Origin: Camelus dromedarius
Lineage: Eukaryota
NCBI RefSeq assembly: GCF_036321535.1
Contig: NC_087436.1
Location: 88,290,001-88,354,000, forward strand
Reading direction: 5' to 3'
Length of the DNA stretch: 64,000 bases
A model generated the notes under the pieces. The model ran no database searches, was not told the origin of the DNA, and saw nothing but the letters and a program-made list of their open reading frames with translations. The position numbers were made by a program, and so were the translations under genes. Positions 43,855 to 56,482 of this stretch are shown here, piece after piece; the stretch's first letter is position 1, and each line of letters opens with the position of its first letter.

Positions 43855-45787
43855 GAGGGACATCAAGGATGATGCTTTTCAGTTACAGAGAAGGGAGTAA
43901 GACAAGCAAGACTGGAGGGTGGGAGGAGAGGGAGAGCCTCCAACACACAAGCTCGTGGAAGACTATAAGCATTGCACTTTAATTCTTCTCACCAGCCAGG
44001 CACCTTAATCTATTTGTCTTGCTTCCCTACCCACCACACTCTCTGAAGCTGCCTTACTTGCCTCTGTGCTCTTCTTTCATCAGTCTCTCCCCCTTTGTCC
44101 TATTGTGGCAGGACAGGATTTGCAATGCCTAAGTGTTCCCCTCTTATATCCTTTCTTTCATGTGATGCCCCATCTTCAAAGAAGATATGGCCTTTCATCT
44201 CACAGATGCTTCCTAACCTTCCTGGTGTGACATAGAGCAGGGGTGACAAATTCAAATGCCTATAGGAGCCAGAAAGGTAATTTAAGTGAGGGAAAGTGGG
44301 GGAGTCATAGAGAACTGGAGTGATGCCCCATTAAAAGACACACTGCTACCAAGCTCTGGTTCATTCTTCCCATAGGGAAAAGGGTCTTAGTGTTGCCAGG
44401 TCTTCTGATTTTTTCATAAGATCTGGAAATCCAGATTTTTAGGTGCAATTCTCACACTGTTATATGTTGGAAACCAACTCAGTAAAGACAACAGCAACAC
44501 ACTACAATTTAAATTAAATTGGAAGGAGGGCTGAGTGTGGCTTGTGGGCTGCCATTTTGCCATCTCTATTTTAAGGAGAGTTTTACCTTGGCTGGCTTGA
44601 TTCCCAGACCTTTTGCAGAATTGATAATGCAGAACTGAAAAAGTGAGTAAAGAGAACCAAAGTCTGGTGAAATAAAAATACACAAGGATCTAACAGGACA
44701 AGGTAAGATGATCTCAGATAACAAAGAATTAGGAGAGAGAGATGGTAAGAGGGAAAGAGCTCCCAGAGTTGAGCAGTTCAGGTGTGGAGAGGTAAGGAGG
44801 TTGTGAGTGTGATGCTCTAGAGAAGCTCTGAGTGAGAAACCTTTTCGGGTGGAGGTGGGTGAGGAAGAGCACGAATAAATGCAGGGGAATATGGCTCATT
44901 AATGGGATCCCTTTTAACGTTCTTCAGAGAAATTAGAGATTGGAACTCCTTTTAAAGTTTTTTGGAGGCAGGATTGGGCTTTAAATATGTGACTCCATGT
45001 GGAGATCAGGTCATTTTGAGCCCCAGGATTTAGTAGGAATAAGATTCTTGGTTGCAGACAATGGAAGACAACTCTGGGTCATTTAAGAAGAAAACAGACT
45101 GACTGGAGGATATTAGGTACAAAGAATCGTTAGGAAAACTAGAAAAGCTGGCTCACAAAATGAGCAGGAAATGAGGGGACTTGGCAGTCTGGAAGACAGC
45201 CAGATCACACCAGAACAGTCTGCTTATCTTGTCACTTCTGGGCACTCAAGGTCACACCCCTTGACTCCACTCTCACTGCTGACACTCCACTGGACACTGG
45301 CTGCTGCCACTAGCAACAGACATAGTGCTATAACATTCTGTTCTTGCTTTCTTGTATCAAGACTCAAAAGTCCCCTGTGGAGAGCTTCCAAATGGCTGAC
45401 CTTAGGTCACATGCCTATTTTGCACCTGTGAGGAATCTGGGAGAACAAGGATCAGCTCTTTCTGGCTCCCCTGGTGGGAGGCAGAAATTGCCTCCTGCCA
45501 AAACTCATGCAATGGCAGCCTCCTTAAACAGGAAGTTTGAATCATCAAGTACTGGGCAACCATACATCTAGGACACATCTACTACAGAGCCTTGGTGGAG
45601 GTAGTACACTGGGTGAAAGGAAGATTAGGAGATGGCCAGTATATCAGCAAGGACAGGATTCTTAATGCTGCAGTAACAAATAACTCCAGTGGCTTACAGC
45701 AACAAAGGTCTATTTCTTATTCATAGCCATTGCAGAATGTCCACATTGTCCTCACTTTAGGACCCAGGCTGATGAAGCAGCCTCCAT

Positions 45788-46353
45788 TGTTACAGAACAA
45801 AAGTTTGTGTGCCCCATACACAGCAAGGCCACACAAAATAAAACATTGGAGTTTGGAGTAGAAAAAGGTTTATTGCTGGGCCAAGCAAAGAAGACAGCGG
45901 CTCACGCTTGAAAACCCCCAAGTCTCTGATGGTTTTTTGGGAAAATTACTTACAGACAAAATTTGGGGTGAGGGCTGCAGGTTGTGTGGCCTTCTTCTGA
46001 TTGGTTGGTAGTGAGTTAATAGTGTTCCAGGAACCTCATTTTCAGCCTGAAGCTGCCATCCTCCACCTGGGTGGGGGCCTTGGTTTCTGCGGAAGAACTC
46101 AAAGGTATTGCTATGTATATTCTTTGAGAAGGAACCAGGCCCCTGCCCCAAGGCTGCACTATTGCTTCTTGAGTGTTCCTCCCTAGACTTTACATCTCCT
46201 CCCTTCCCTGATTAGCAACTGTTTGAATCTGCCCTTTGGAACTCAAGGGAAGGTCAAGGAGGCTGAATGAACCCTGTGTCCTACTAACAAGAATTGGAGG
46301 ACACAGAAAGGATTTGTACTAGTGAGGACCCCACAGGGTCCTGCTCTGTTTCA
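45788..46353 (-). mobile_element. Solo ERV1-type LTR of a second family, inserted in an MLT1-like MaLR remnant
   Basis: TG...CA, minus-strand AATAAA at about 45870; upstream flank gctgcagtaacaaataactccagtggctta is MLT1-like; TSD not clean. Confidence 0.7.
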
Positions 46354-46846
46354 TTCGTAGTCCAGACAAATCATGTGGCCAAGTTTGATAGCTGTGAGAC
46401 AGGGAAGTATGATATTACCCCAAGGAGGGGGCAATAACTATTTTTGAAAAGAATTAAGGCCATTATTAGGGAGGGAGGAAGGTATGCTAAGTAGTAGGAA
46501 TGAGCATATTAGAGGCAAGAAACAGAATGGTATTGGGGCAGTAGCTATAAATAGCTTGCTATTAATGGAGTATAAGGCTCAGGGCAGGAAGAAGTAAGAG
46601 ATGAAGCAGGAGTGACAGGTGGGAAAGAAGTCAGCAGACCATTGTCTTCAGGATAAAGAGCTCGATCCTTTTTCTGTAGGCAATGAGACATCCTTGAGGG
46701 TTCTTAAACAGGGATATGACATGGCTAGATCTGTGCTTTTGACAGACGATTCTAGCTAAGTAAAGGATGATTTGAGAGAGATCTGTTAGGAGACTATTAC
46801 ACTTATTCAAGTGAAGGAGGACAGCCTGAACTAGAGAAGCTAATAG

Positions 46847-47472
46847 TGAGACAGGAGGGAAGGGGGCAGGGCACAGCCATTAAAAGAATGACACAGCAAT
46901 TAGCACCAAGATGGTAGAAGATTCAACTCCCAGGAGACCTGGAGCGTCAATAGACACTGACTGTAATAAACAACAGCATGCTAAATGGTACTCCCATGGG
47001 TGCCATGACAGTTTCAAGGCCGACCATAAAAGGTCAAAAAGTGGGTACTGGCCCAGTTCCTGGGAATCCCAGGCAAATCCCTATAGAAGTTGGAATAATC
47101 CTCCCACTTGTTAGCATATGAAGTTACCAAGCCTATAAAAACTAACAACTCCCACACCTCGGGCTGGTCTCCTTTTTCCTAAGCAGCCCCATGCTCTGAG
47201 GCTGCTGCTCTTCCCTTCCGAGTAAGATGGCCTGCATTCTGCCTATGGAATGTGTATCTCCTAGGCCTTTCTCTTGCCTTCTGAGACACCCTGCACGCTG
47301 TCTCTGGAGTATGTATCTCTCTAAATAAATCTACTTTTACTCAACTATGGCGCGTTCTTGAATTCTTTCTTGCATAAAGCCAAGGACTGTCACTTGCTGG
47401 GGTGCGTTCTGGGGACTCGTCTGGGGCCTGGGACACAGCCATCCTCCCAAGCCCTATTTTTTTCCTGTATCA
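46847..47472 (+). mobile_element. Solo ERV1-type LTR, family A copy 2
   Basis: TGAGACAGG...CCTGTATCA, 626 bp, TSD ATAG, internal TATAAAA and AATAAA; interrupts an L2. Confidence 0.92.
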
Positions 47473-49771
47473 ATAGGAGCAAAGAGGCGGTGACAGGAAG
47501 AAGGCAGAATGGCTGGGTTTGTTGATTGGTCAGAAGCAAAGGATTAGAGAAAAGGAGGCAGGCAGAATGCTCCAAAGTGTCCAGCCTGGCCAATTCAATT
47601 TCCTTCACCTTTCGACCAAGTGATAAAACTGAATGTCCAGCATCACCAATGTATCTTAGAATTTAGGATCTTCTGTTTCCCTAGACATGTACATTGGACA
47701 AGGCAAAAGGCTCCCAAGAAAATCAAAATGGCTACATATCACCATCACATCCTAGTGTAAAAAGAACTTAGAAATGAATGTTCTTCCTCAAGCGACTACT
47801 TGATCTCTCTTTTCCATTTATCTCCTTTTCTATCATCCTGTTCTTACTTCTTATCCTCTCCTTTAAGATGCAGTGTCAGAGTGAGGAAGGCATTCACTCT
47901 TATACACGGCTGATAAAAGTGTAAATCACAGCAGGCTTCTTGGAAAGCAATTTGGCAATATGCTCCAGGAGCTTAACTGTATTCATAGACTTTGACCAGA
48001 TATCCTACATCTGGTAGTTCAACCTAGGAATATAACTGTCAATTAGCACAGAGATTTATGTACACAAATGTTGATCCCAGAATTACTTACAACTATAAAA
48101 AAACAGGAAACAATCTCAATGTAAAAATTAGGATGTTAGGACACATCTATGTTTTCATTAATGATGTTCTCAAAGACTTTTAAATGAAATGAAAGAATGA
48201 TTATATGGTAATGTTAAGAAAAAAACAGGATCTAAAAGTAAATACCTATTATAATATCAAGTTTGTTGTATAAGAGCATAGAAAAAAATTGGAAGAAATT
48301 TTATCAGAGAATTGTGGTATTACGGGTGAGTTCTGTTTTCTTCATTTTACTTTCATTTTCCCAAAAGTTCTAGAATGCAATGATTTCTTTTATAATCAGA
48401 AGAAATGGTGCTTTTCCCAATCCTACCGAACCTCTACCTCTTAGATCAACTCTGAGGTGATAATAAGGCAAGGTCATTGACAATGCAAAATATTTAAAAG
48501 ACAAGTACAGTCAACTGGAATTCTGGATCAAATTACTAGAAAAGAGGGCACTGCATCAGACTGAGGTGTTCTCACTTACCTGCAGAAACTCAGGTTGCAG
48601 AATGGGATTAGGAAGCTAGAAGATACCAAGCCACCAGTGAGGCTGAACTGATAGCTGTCTGCCTCTTACTTTCTGCCACTTCCTCCATCCATCCATCGAA
48701 ACAGCTCTGCTATGAGTATCACTTCACTTTGTGGGCCAGGACCAAGACTTAACTCCTCATATTCGACTTTTGGGCGCTCTCAATAATTATTGAGATGAGA
48801 GCAAGCATGACGTGGGGAACATGTTGCACTTTAACCATGGTTACTAAGACCCTTAATAATTGGTCATCATCCAAAAAACATTAGAGGGAGAGGGAGAAAG
48901 AATATCCTCGCTCCCTCAATGACACTGATGATTTGCTAGGCACTGGGTACAGTTTTCCTAGTCAGACAATCACACTTAAAGAATATAGAGGAGACAGATT
49001 CAAGAAGTATTTAGGAGGCAGGATAGTCAGAGCTTGGTGGTTTATCATATGTGCACAGTGAGGGGGAGGGAGGAATCACAAATGACTGGGGACCATTTGG
49101 GGTCCAGGGGACTAAAATGGTATACTTGGCAGGTATGGGAGCCAGGGCTGAGGATGTAACCTGTGGATTTGATTTGGTAGTGCCAGCCAAGGAGATGGAG
49201 GAGATGGAGCACTTACTTTGAATATTGGTTACTTACAGAGAAAATAAATATATTAATGATGATGGGAGACAATGATTTTGTCAGTGAAGGAGGGTACAAA
49301 TATGGAAAGGGGTAAGGCTGGAATAAACTTTGGGGTATTGGATTGGAACTATAGGTATTGCTGTGAACTCAGAGTTGTTTATACATACAAATGAGAGAGA
49401 ATGTTAGAATAGATACAGGTATAGATATAGGAGTAATCCTGAGTCTTTTTGGTAAGAGGCCTGCAAACAATGACACCCAGATCTTGGTCTCTAAATACTT
49501 TAGTAAAAGGAACCAGAGTTCACTGGATAAGCTGCCAGTTCTAGCGCTGTGCCAAGGAAAGAAAAGTCTGAAACATCTTGCTCCAGGAAATAAGGAAGCT
49601 CCCAAAGTATATTACAAACATATTAGAGGACAAAGGATTTAACCTGAAAGGGCTCCCACTGGACAAACAGAGCACGATTGGAGCATCAAAATAAATAATA
49701 ATGGATTATAAATCATTGAATAAAAAAGGGATACATGAGTCCATATTGGTATAAAGAAATGAATAAATAAA

Positions 49772-49924
49772 GGGGAATAGCTCAGTGGTAGAGTGCTTGC
49801 CTGGCATGCACAGGGTGCTGGGTTCAACCCCCACTGCTTCCATTAAATAAATAAATAGGGGAACCTAATTACCTCCCCATCCGATAAATAAACACAACAA
49901 AAACTTTTAAAAAAGTTTTTTAAA
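49772..49924 (+). mobile_element. tRNA-derived camelid-type SINE inside an old L1 3' region
   Basis: 19-bp TSD AAAGAAATGAATAAATAAA at 49753-49771 and 49925-49943. Confidence 0.9.
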
Positions 49925-50829
49925 AAAGAAATGAATAAATAAATGGAAAGCTTCACTTTATGGTAGAATGCCAGCTAATTAATGCAGAAAGAATAATGGA
50001 ATTAACAGATCAACATTTAGTAACAATCATAGAAATAACGGATTCAGGTAAAATAGTGGGTGAAAGTTTGATGAGAAAAAGGAGGTTTATATAGTCCTAA
50101 AGTATCTCCCCACAAACTGCTTATAAATTATGTGTTAATTAATGACCACAAAATATGTATTAATTCGCTCTGAGTGGAGAAACAGAATGGGAAAAGTTAG
50201 TATTAGCAGCCAGAAGACACACTGATGTTGCGTGCCTCCTGATATGATGCGCTGAGAACACAGCATCACATTTGTGATATTCCTGTCATCCAAAAACAAC
50301 TCGAATCTAATCAAACTGAAGGCCATCCGAAGTACCTGGCCCTCAAAAATACCAAGATTACAAAGGACAAGGAAAGCCTGAGAAACTGTCCTGATTTTGA
50401 TAGGGATGCTGAAGTTGTGTAGAATGGTGTCCTTGTTTATAAGGCCAATGGGGCAATGTGGCTGCTACTTACTCTTCAGCGGCTTAGAGAATTATGCATA
50501 ATTTATATCTGATATATTTACATATGTGAGATAATGAGAAGGGGAGGGAAAGAGAGAGTGAAAAGGAGAGAGAATGTGAAATATTAATAAGCAGGAAATC
50601 TGGGTCTGGTGTGAAAGGTATATAGAATTTCTTTGTACCATTTTCTATAACTTTGATGTCAAACTAAAAACAAATTAAAATAGAGAATGAAGCTATTAAA
50701 TATTGAAAAACATATTCTTCAGAAAAAATACCCTTGACACAGTATTAGAGAGAGAGATTGCTAAGCAACTGAATAAAATAAGTGGCTTGGGGAAACAGAA
50801 AGCATCAGCAATGTGCTCTCAGTGCCAAC

Positions 50830-50886
50830 ATGGTGCGACAGGCAGAAAGCAGATACGGCTGCCTGGGTCAGGATTACAAGTTCTCG
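50830..50886 (+). pseudogene. Tubulin-like relic, putative first coding exon (57 bp)
   Basis: gccaacATGG Kozak; MVRQAESRYGCLGQDYKFS with G10 and G13 at the positions of tubulin GQCG; phase-0 GTAAGA donor after codon 19. Confidence 0.5.
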
Positions 50887-50995
50887 GTAAGACTCCAGTG
50901 CTTGTTCTCAGTCCCTTCCTCCCATGACGATGGGGAGTAAATTAGTGAAGTGGAGCAACGTAATAGAAGACAATAAACTACTCAAAAGCCAACAG

Positions 50996-51010
50996 GCACC
51001 ATCTAGTGGC
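50996..51010 (-). promoter_or_regulatory. CTCF-like motif
   Basis: GCCACTAGATGGTGC on minus strand matches the CCASYAGRKGG core. Confidence 0.5.
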
Positions 51011-51419
51011 AAGAAGGTGACTTTCCCCATAGATTAAGGACTGTCAAACTCAAACTGCTTGGGCCAATTTGCATGCCTACCAGCAGAGTGTGAGCATTCG
51101 CAAAGTTTCACATCTTCCTCATCTTCTCCAAGCTAGCTAAAGTCAGACTTGTCAAGTTTTATCATCTAGATAAGTATGGAATGGTTTTATAAACTTGTGG
51201 TTAAATTTAGAGGCATGGTTTAGATTCAGGTTTATTTACTTAGGCAAAGATATTTCATACACAATGCTGTATACTTTCTATTGTATCACATCAAAATACA
51301 GTGCTAGTTTTCAATCAGTAGGTTCAAATGTGGTCAACGTGACCTATCAATACACATAATTATACGGTCCCTCACCAACCTTTCACCTAACGGTTTTAGC
51401 AACCATAGATAACTCCCTA

Positions 51420-52620
51420 TTTGTCACTTACTCATTCCTACCTCCTCCTTCCCCAGAACTTCTGGTAATCACTGATCTTTTTTTTTTTTTTTCACTGTTT
51501 CCATAGTTTTGCCTTTTCCAGAATTTCATAAAATTGGAATCATACAGTATGTAGCCTTTTCATATTTTCCTTCTTGCATTTAACAAAATGCATTTAAGTT
51601 TCCTCCATGTCTTTTTGTGGCTTGATAGCTCATTTCTTTTTATTGCTGAATAATACTCCACTGCCTGGATGTACCACAGTTTGTTTATACACTCACCTAC
51701 CGAGGGACATCTTGGTTGTTTCTAAGTTTTAGCGCTTATGAATAAAATGCTATAAATACCTGTGTGCAGGTTTTCATGTGGACATGCGTTTTCAGCTCAT
51801 TTAGGTAAACACCAAAGGGTGTGATTGCTGGGTCGTATGGTAAAAGTATGCTTAGTTTTGTAAAAAAAAAAAAAATGCCAAACTGTTTTCCAAAGTGGCT
51901 GTACCATTTTGCATTCCCACTAGAAGTGAATAAGTTCCTGTTTGCACCACATCCTCCCCAGCATTTGGTGTTGTCAGTGTTTTAGATTTTAGCCATCATA
52001 ATATGTGTGCATTGGTATCTCATTGCTGTTTTAATTTGCAATTCCCTAATGACACACTGGGTTGAGCATCCTTTCATACGCTTATTTGCCATTCCTTGCT
52101 TCTAGTTTTTTCTTTCCACTATAGGTAACCATTTTTTATTGGTTTTTGGTTTGTCCTTCTATTGTTACTTGAAAAAAATAAACACATGCACTTGTATTTA
52201 TAGTCCCCTTTCTTACACAGAAGGTAGCATACTGTGCACATTCCATAGCATTTCATGGAGCATCTTTTACCACAGCATAGGACTCATCACATGAATGTAC
52301 TGTTGTTTCTTAAAGCAGTCCCTTATTAATGGACATTTGAATGGTTCCTTATCTTTTGCTATTACAAATAATAGCAATGAATAACTTTGTGCATACATCG
52401 TTTTATACGTCTGTCTGAATATCTTTGGAATACATTTTATAGAAAGGTGGTCATAGTGTCCAAGGTTAAATGCATATGTAATTTTGCTAGAAATTGCAAA
52501 ACTCTCCTTATACCATTTCTGCATTCCCACGGGCAATATAGGAAAATGCCTGCTTCTCTGCAGCTTTGCCCATAAGATGTTTTGTCAAACTGAAGGATTT
52601 TTGCCAACATGATAGATGAA
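51420..52620 (-). mobile_element. Adjacent/nested L1M 3' fragments
   Basis: ggaatcatacagtatgtagcc...ccaaagtggctgtaccattttgcattcccac, plus a second older copy at about 52140-52620. Confidence 0.8.
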
Positions 52621-52983
52621 AAACTGTACTTTCTACATTTTAGCTGGATGATGGGTACACAGAAGTTTGTTTGGTTCTTAACTATACATTTTTATGCAAC
52701 TAAAATATTTTATAAAACAAGGTAACAAGGAATTGCTTTTAAAGAAGATAGGTTTTCTATTTTGGTCTCAGAAGAAATATACCACTTTTACTGATAATCT
52801 AACTATTAATCAAAGAACTAGAACAATCTAGCTAGAGTTGGAAAAAAATCTCAAAGATAAGAAAGTCTGATCTTATCATTTAACAAATTAAAACTCTTTG
52901 GCTCAAAAGAGTCAAGTAATTAACTTCAAATCACATGGTTAATGAAAAACAAGCTCGCTTTACCTAAATCTAAAACACTGCAG

Positions 52984-53145
52984 TCACTACATAAAAATTA
53001 TGAAGAATGCTATCCAAAAACTGGAAGGCGTAATACTTAATCTTCACAAAAATTCCACTAGGTTTGAATTTGAAGGACTGCATCAAAACCAAGACACTGG
53101 ACTAACTAACTGTTGCGGTGTCTAAGTACAATCCTGGAAGCTGGA
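52984..53145 (+). pseudogene. Tubulin-like relic exon (DLEP-to-NNW region); 5' boundary uncertain (52984 or 53062)
   Basis: KLEGVILNLHKNSTRFEFEGLHQNQDTGLTNCCGV*VQSWKL versus alpha [33 protein letters not shown] and gamma VIHSILNS...GFSQGEKI; GTGAGC donor at 53146. Confidence 0.45.
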
Positions 53146-53211
53146 GTGAGCTGTGAAACCCACTGCCGTTTGGTTCTGACAGCCTTATTAATCATCTTTT
53201 TCTTTTTTCAG

Positions 53212-53441
53212 CTTTATAGTCTATCTGCTAATGGGCTTCCACCAATAGTTCCCAAATTTATGATATGGACTCTGTAGACAAGGCCTATGTATATTAGAAA
53301 TTCTCTGCCAGTCTTACTATGACAGAATTGTTCGTAATTCTTGAGAGCAGAGTATGGCGAACTATCTTTTTGAATTGGATCATTCACATGGAGTAGCAAG
53401 ATGAAACTGCAATGTCTTTTGGCTTTTCTTCTCATTAAAAG
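53212..53441 (+). pseudogene. Tubulin-like relic exon (T4 signature-loop region)
   Basis: Strong ttttcttttttcag acceptor. QIYDMDSVDKAYVY*KFSASLT versus CDCLQGF.V.HSFGGGT; after a +1 frameshift, FLRAEYG versus RLSVDYG. Ends phase 2 (AG|gtgcag), matching the next exon. Confidence 0.6.
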
Positions 53442-55012
53442 GTGCAGACATTTACAGTATTTTATATTAAATTTGCATCCTGAGGCTTCTTAATAAAAGC
53501 AACAAGTTGGAGCAAATTATTCAAAATCACCAATTATCCAGTGGTGTCATCCATAGCAAAAGAAAAACAATTTTTTGGTCCAGGACCCAGTCCAATCCAG
53601 TATCACACACTGCATCTAGCTGCCATGTTGCTTTAGTCTTCTTTCATCTGGAATAACTCTTCAGGCTTTCTTTATCTTTCATGACTTTGATGTTTTTGGA
53701 GCATCAGGCCAGTTACTTACAGAATGTCCATCAGTTTGGGTTCATCTGATGGTCCCTCGTGTTTAGACCCAAGTTATGCATTTGGTACAGGACTAACATG
53801 GAAGTGATGTTGTGTTCTCAGCACACTGTGTCAGACATACATCAGTTTGCATGGTGTTGATGTGTCCCAGTGGCCATGATGTGTACTTTGGTTATTTGTG
53901 TTAAAGAGAGGTCTGCTTGGTTTCTACACTGTAAAGTCACTATTTCTTCCCTTTATAATTAAAAAAGCAAATTTATTTTTTAATTACAGGCAAGATAATT
54001 TGAGACCATATCCTGTTTCTCATCAAACTTTCACCCACCAGTTTTAGCATCCATTGATGATTCTCAACTGAGCCAATAATTATTGTGATGGTTACCAAAT
54101 GGTGGCATAAAGATATTCTTTAGTTTGGATTTCCTTAAAATATATTTGTTAGCATGTTCATAAAGTGTATACAGTTCCAGAGAAAATCAAACAACTTAAA
54201 TCAGCAATCCAAAGAAGATGTGTGATGGAGAAGTCAAACAATTTGCATAAATAACAAACACTGATTAGAAGTACAAATGAGTAAGTCTCTCACTGCCTAA
54301 ACCTGTCTTTTTTTCCCCCAGTTTTACTGAGATATAATTGACGTACAACACTGTATGCATTTAAGGTGTACAGCAAATGGCTTGACTTACATATTATGGT
54401 TACCCTAATAAGTTTAGCTAATATCCATCATGTCACATAGATACAAAAACCCCAAAGAAACAAAAGAAGAAGAAAAATAAATGTTTTCTCCTTTGTGATG
54501 AGAACTTTTAAGATCTACTTTCTTAGCAACTTTCAAATATACCAAAAACAGTGTTAACTATAGTTATCATGTTTTGACCTATAAATGTAAGTTCAAAGAA
54601 AGTTTGAGAAACCCTTTAAGTTTTAATTCTCACACATATCTTGGGGGAAAAATAAAAAGGATTCTCCATCCAACATAAGCTTGAAAAAGATGTTCTCGTG
54701 GAATTAATTGGAACTATCACATCATGAACTTACCTTAGGGATGAAATTAACTCTATTTATGAACTTGAATCTTCTAAGATTTATATGTGTTGCTTTGTAT
54801 TTCTCCAAATACAAAAAAAAGTGTTTTCTTATTAATAAAGTAAATAACTTAAACAAAATAAAAATTATTTAAATTATTGAATATTTCAAACATACAGAAA
54901 ATAATACTACAGTAATTTACCTACTATCTAAATTCAAATGATGTTTACATTTTGCTATCTTTGCTTCAGATTATATTTTCTCTATATAGATAACATATTA
55001 TGGATACACCTA

Positions 55013-55166
55013 GGAGGAGGAGGGTATAGCTCAAGTGGTAGAGTGCATGCTTAGCATGCACAAGGTCCTGGGTTCAATCCCCAGTACCACTTCTAGAAAT
55101 AAATAAATAAACCTAGTTACCTATCCACACCCCCCCAAAAAAAAACTAAAAAAAAAAAAAAAAAAA
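55013..55166 (+). mobile_element. tRNA-derived camelid-type SINE
   Basis: TSD core ATGGATACAC at 55000-55009 and 55169-55178. Confidence 0.9.
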
Positions 55167-55573
55167 TCATGGATACACTTAAAACCAAACTTCCATCTCT
55201 TTCCTTTTCCTCCCCAGGATTAGCCATTTCCTATCATTAATGTGCCTTTTCCATTCATGAGTTTATGTTATACATCTACCTATCTACTTATCTTTGTCTC
55301 TCTATACATCTATGTAATATAGTGTTGTGCATATAAAATTAGATCATATTAGATACAGATTGTATAATCTTGAATGTATCTTATTACCATTTACTTCCAT
55401 TTTTACCTAATATAATATTTCAAAAATTATCCACCTTGATACATGTACACATGATTTACTCATTTTAACTGCTTTATGTAAATCCACTGTATGAATAATC
55501 ACATATTGTTTATTTCTCAACTGGTAGAGAATTAGGCTGTTATTACTTTATTGCTGCCTCAAAGGGGGATGTA

Positions 55574-55666
55574 GGGGTACAATATGCTCAGTGGCAGAAC
55601 ATATGCTTAGCATGCACAAAGTCCTGGGTTCAATCCCCAGTACCACCACTAACAATAACAAAAAAA
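55574..55666 (+). mobile_element. tRNA-derived camelid-type SINE
   Basis: gctcagtggcagaacatatgcttagcatgcacaaagtcctgggttcaatccccagtacc. Confidence 0.85.
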
Positions 55667-55864
55667 GTGACGTAATAAATATCCTTGTATATTCTTCCTT
55701 TCTATGTGGTCAAGTTTTTCTGGAGTAAGAAAAAAAATCTGAGTCATGGTGTAACCACATCTTCAGTTTTACTAGGCATTGCCAAACTGTTTTCCAAATT
55801 GCACCAATTTATACTATTATCAACAACTCACATCCTCTCTTGTATTTGGCTTCATCAGACTTTC

Positions 55865-56482
55865 TGAGACAGGAAGGAAGAGGGCAGGGCACAGCCTTTC
55901 AAGGAATGACACAGCAGTTAGCACCAAGATGAAAAGTTAACTCCCAACAGACTTCCAGTAGACCTTGAGCTTCATTATACCCTCACTGTAATATATTGGC
56001 ATGGTAAATGGCACTCCCACAGGCACTGTGACAGTCCCAAGGCTGACCATAAAAGGTCAAAAAGTGGGCAGTGGCCCAATTCCTGGAAATCCCAGCCTCT
56101 TCTCCAAAGTAGTTGGAATAATCCTCCCATTTGTTAGCATATGAAGTTTCCGGGCCCATAAAAACTAACATGCCCAATACCTCATAACTGCGCTCCCTTC
56201 TGAGTAAAACAGACTGCACTTGATCTGTGGAGTGTATGTCTACTTTTACTTTAAACACCCACCCGCATGCCTCATGGCCTCTCTGGCCTTCTGAGACGGC
56301 CTACACTCTCTCAATGGAGTGTGCATGTCTCCGAATAAGTCTACTTTTACTGTACTATGGCTTACTCTCGAAATCTTTCCTGTGTGAAGCCAAGGACCCT
56401 CACTCAGCAGGACATGTCCCAGGCACTTACCTGAGACCTGGGACAAGGCCATCCTCTCATGCCCTATTTTTTTCCTGTATCA
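55865..56482 (+). mobile_element. Solo ERV1-type LTR, family A copy 3
   Basis: TGAGACAGG...CCTGTATCA, 618 bp, TSD TTTC (55861-55864 and 56483-56486). Confidence 0.92.

Noticed and set aside
48574..48790. Minus-strand exon with a perfect CAG|GTAAGT donor upstream of SLAIN2
   Set aside because: Isolated donor, in-frame stop, and no partner exon or recognisable product.
52772..52975. Candidate exon 2 of the tubulin relic (TFTDNLTIN...LELEK)
   Set aside because: The acceptor is good, but the 3' part looks like a decayed MIR and there is no donor; exon 2 remains unlocated.
53295..53395. CQSYYDRIVR...LDHSH resembling the guanylate cyclase HNOB domain
   Set aside because: Spacing is off, there is no other cyclase segment, and other frames fit the colinear tubulin model.
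46847..56482. Full provirus between two same-orientation LTRs 9 kb apart
   Set aside because: Each LTR has its own different TSD, and the interval has no recognisable gag/pol/env.
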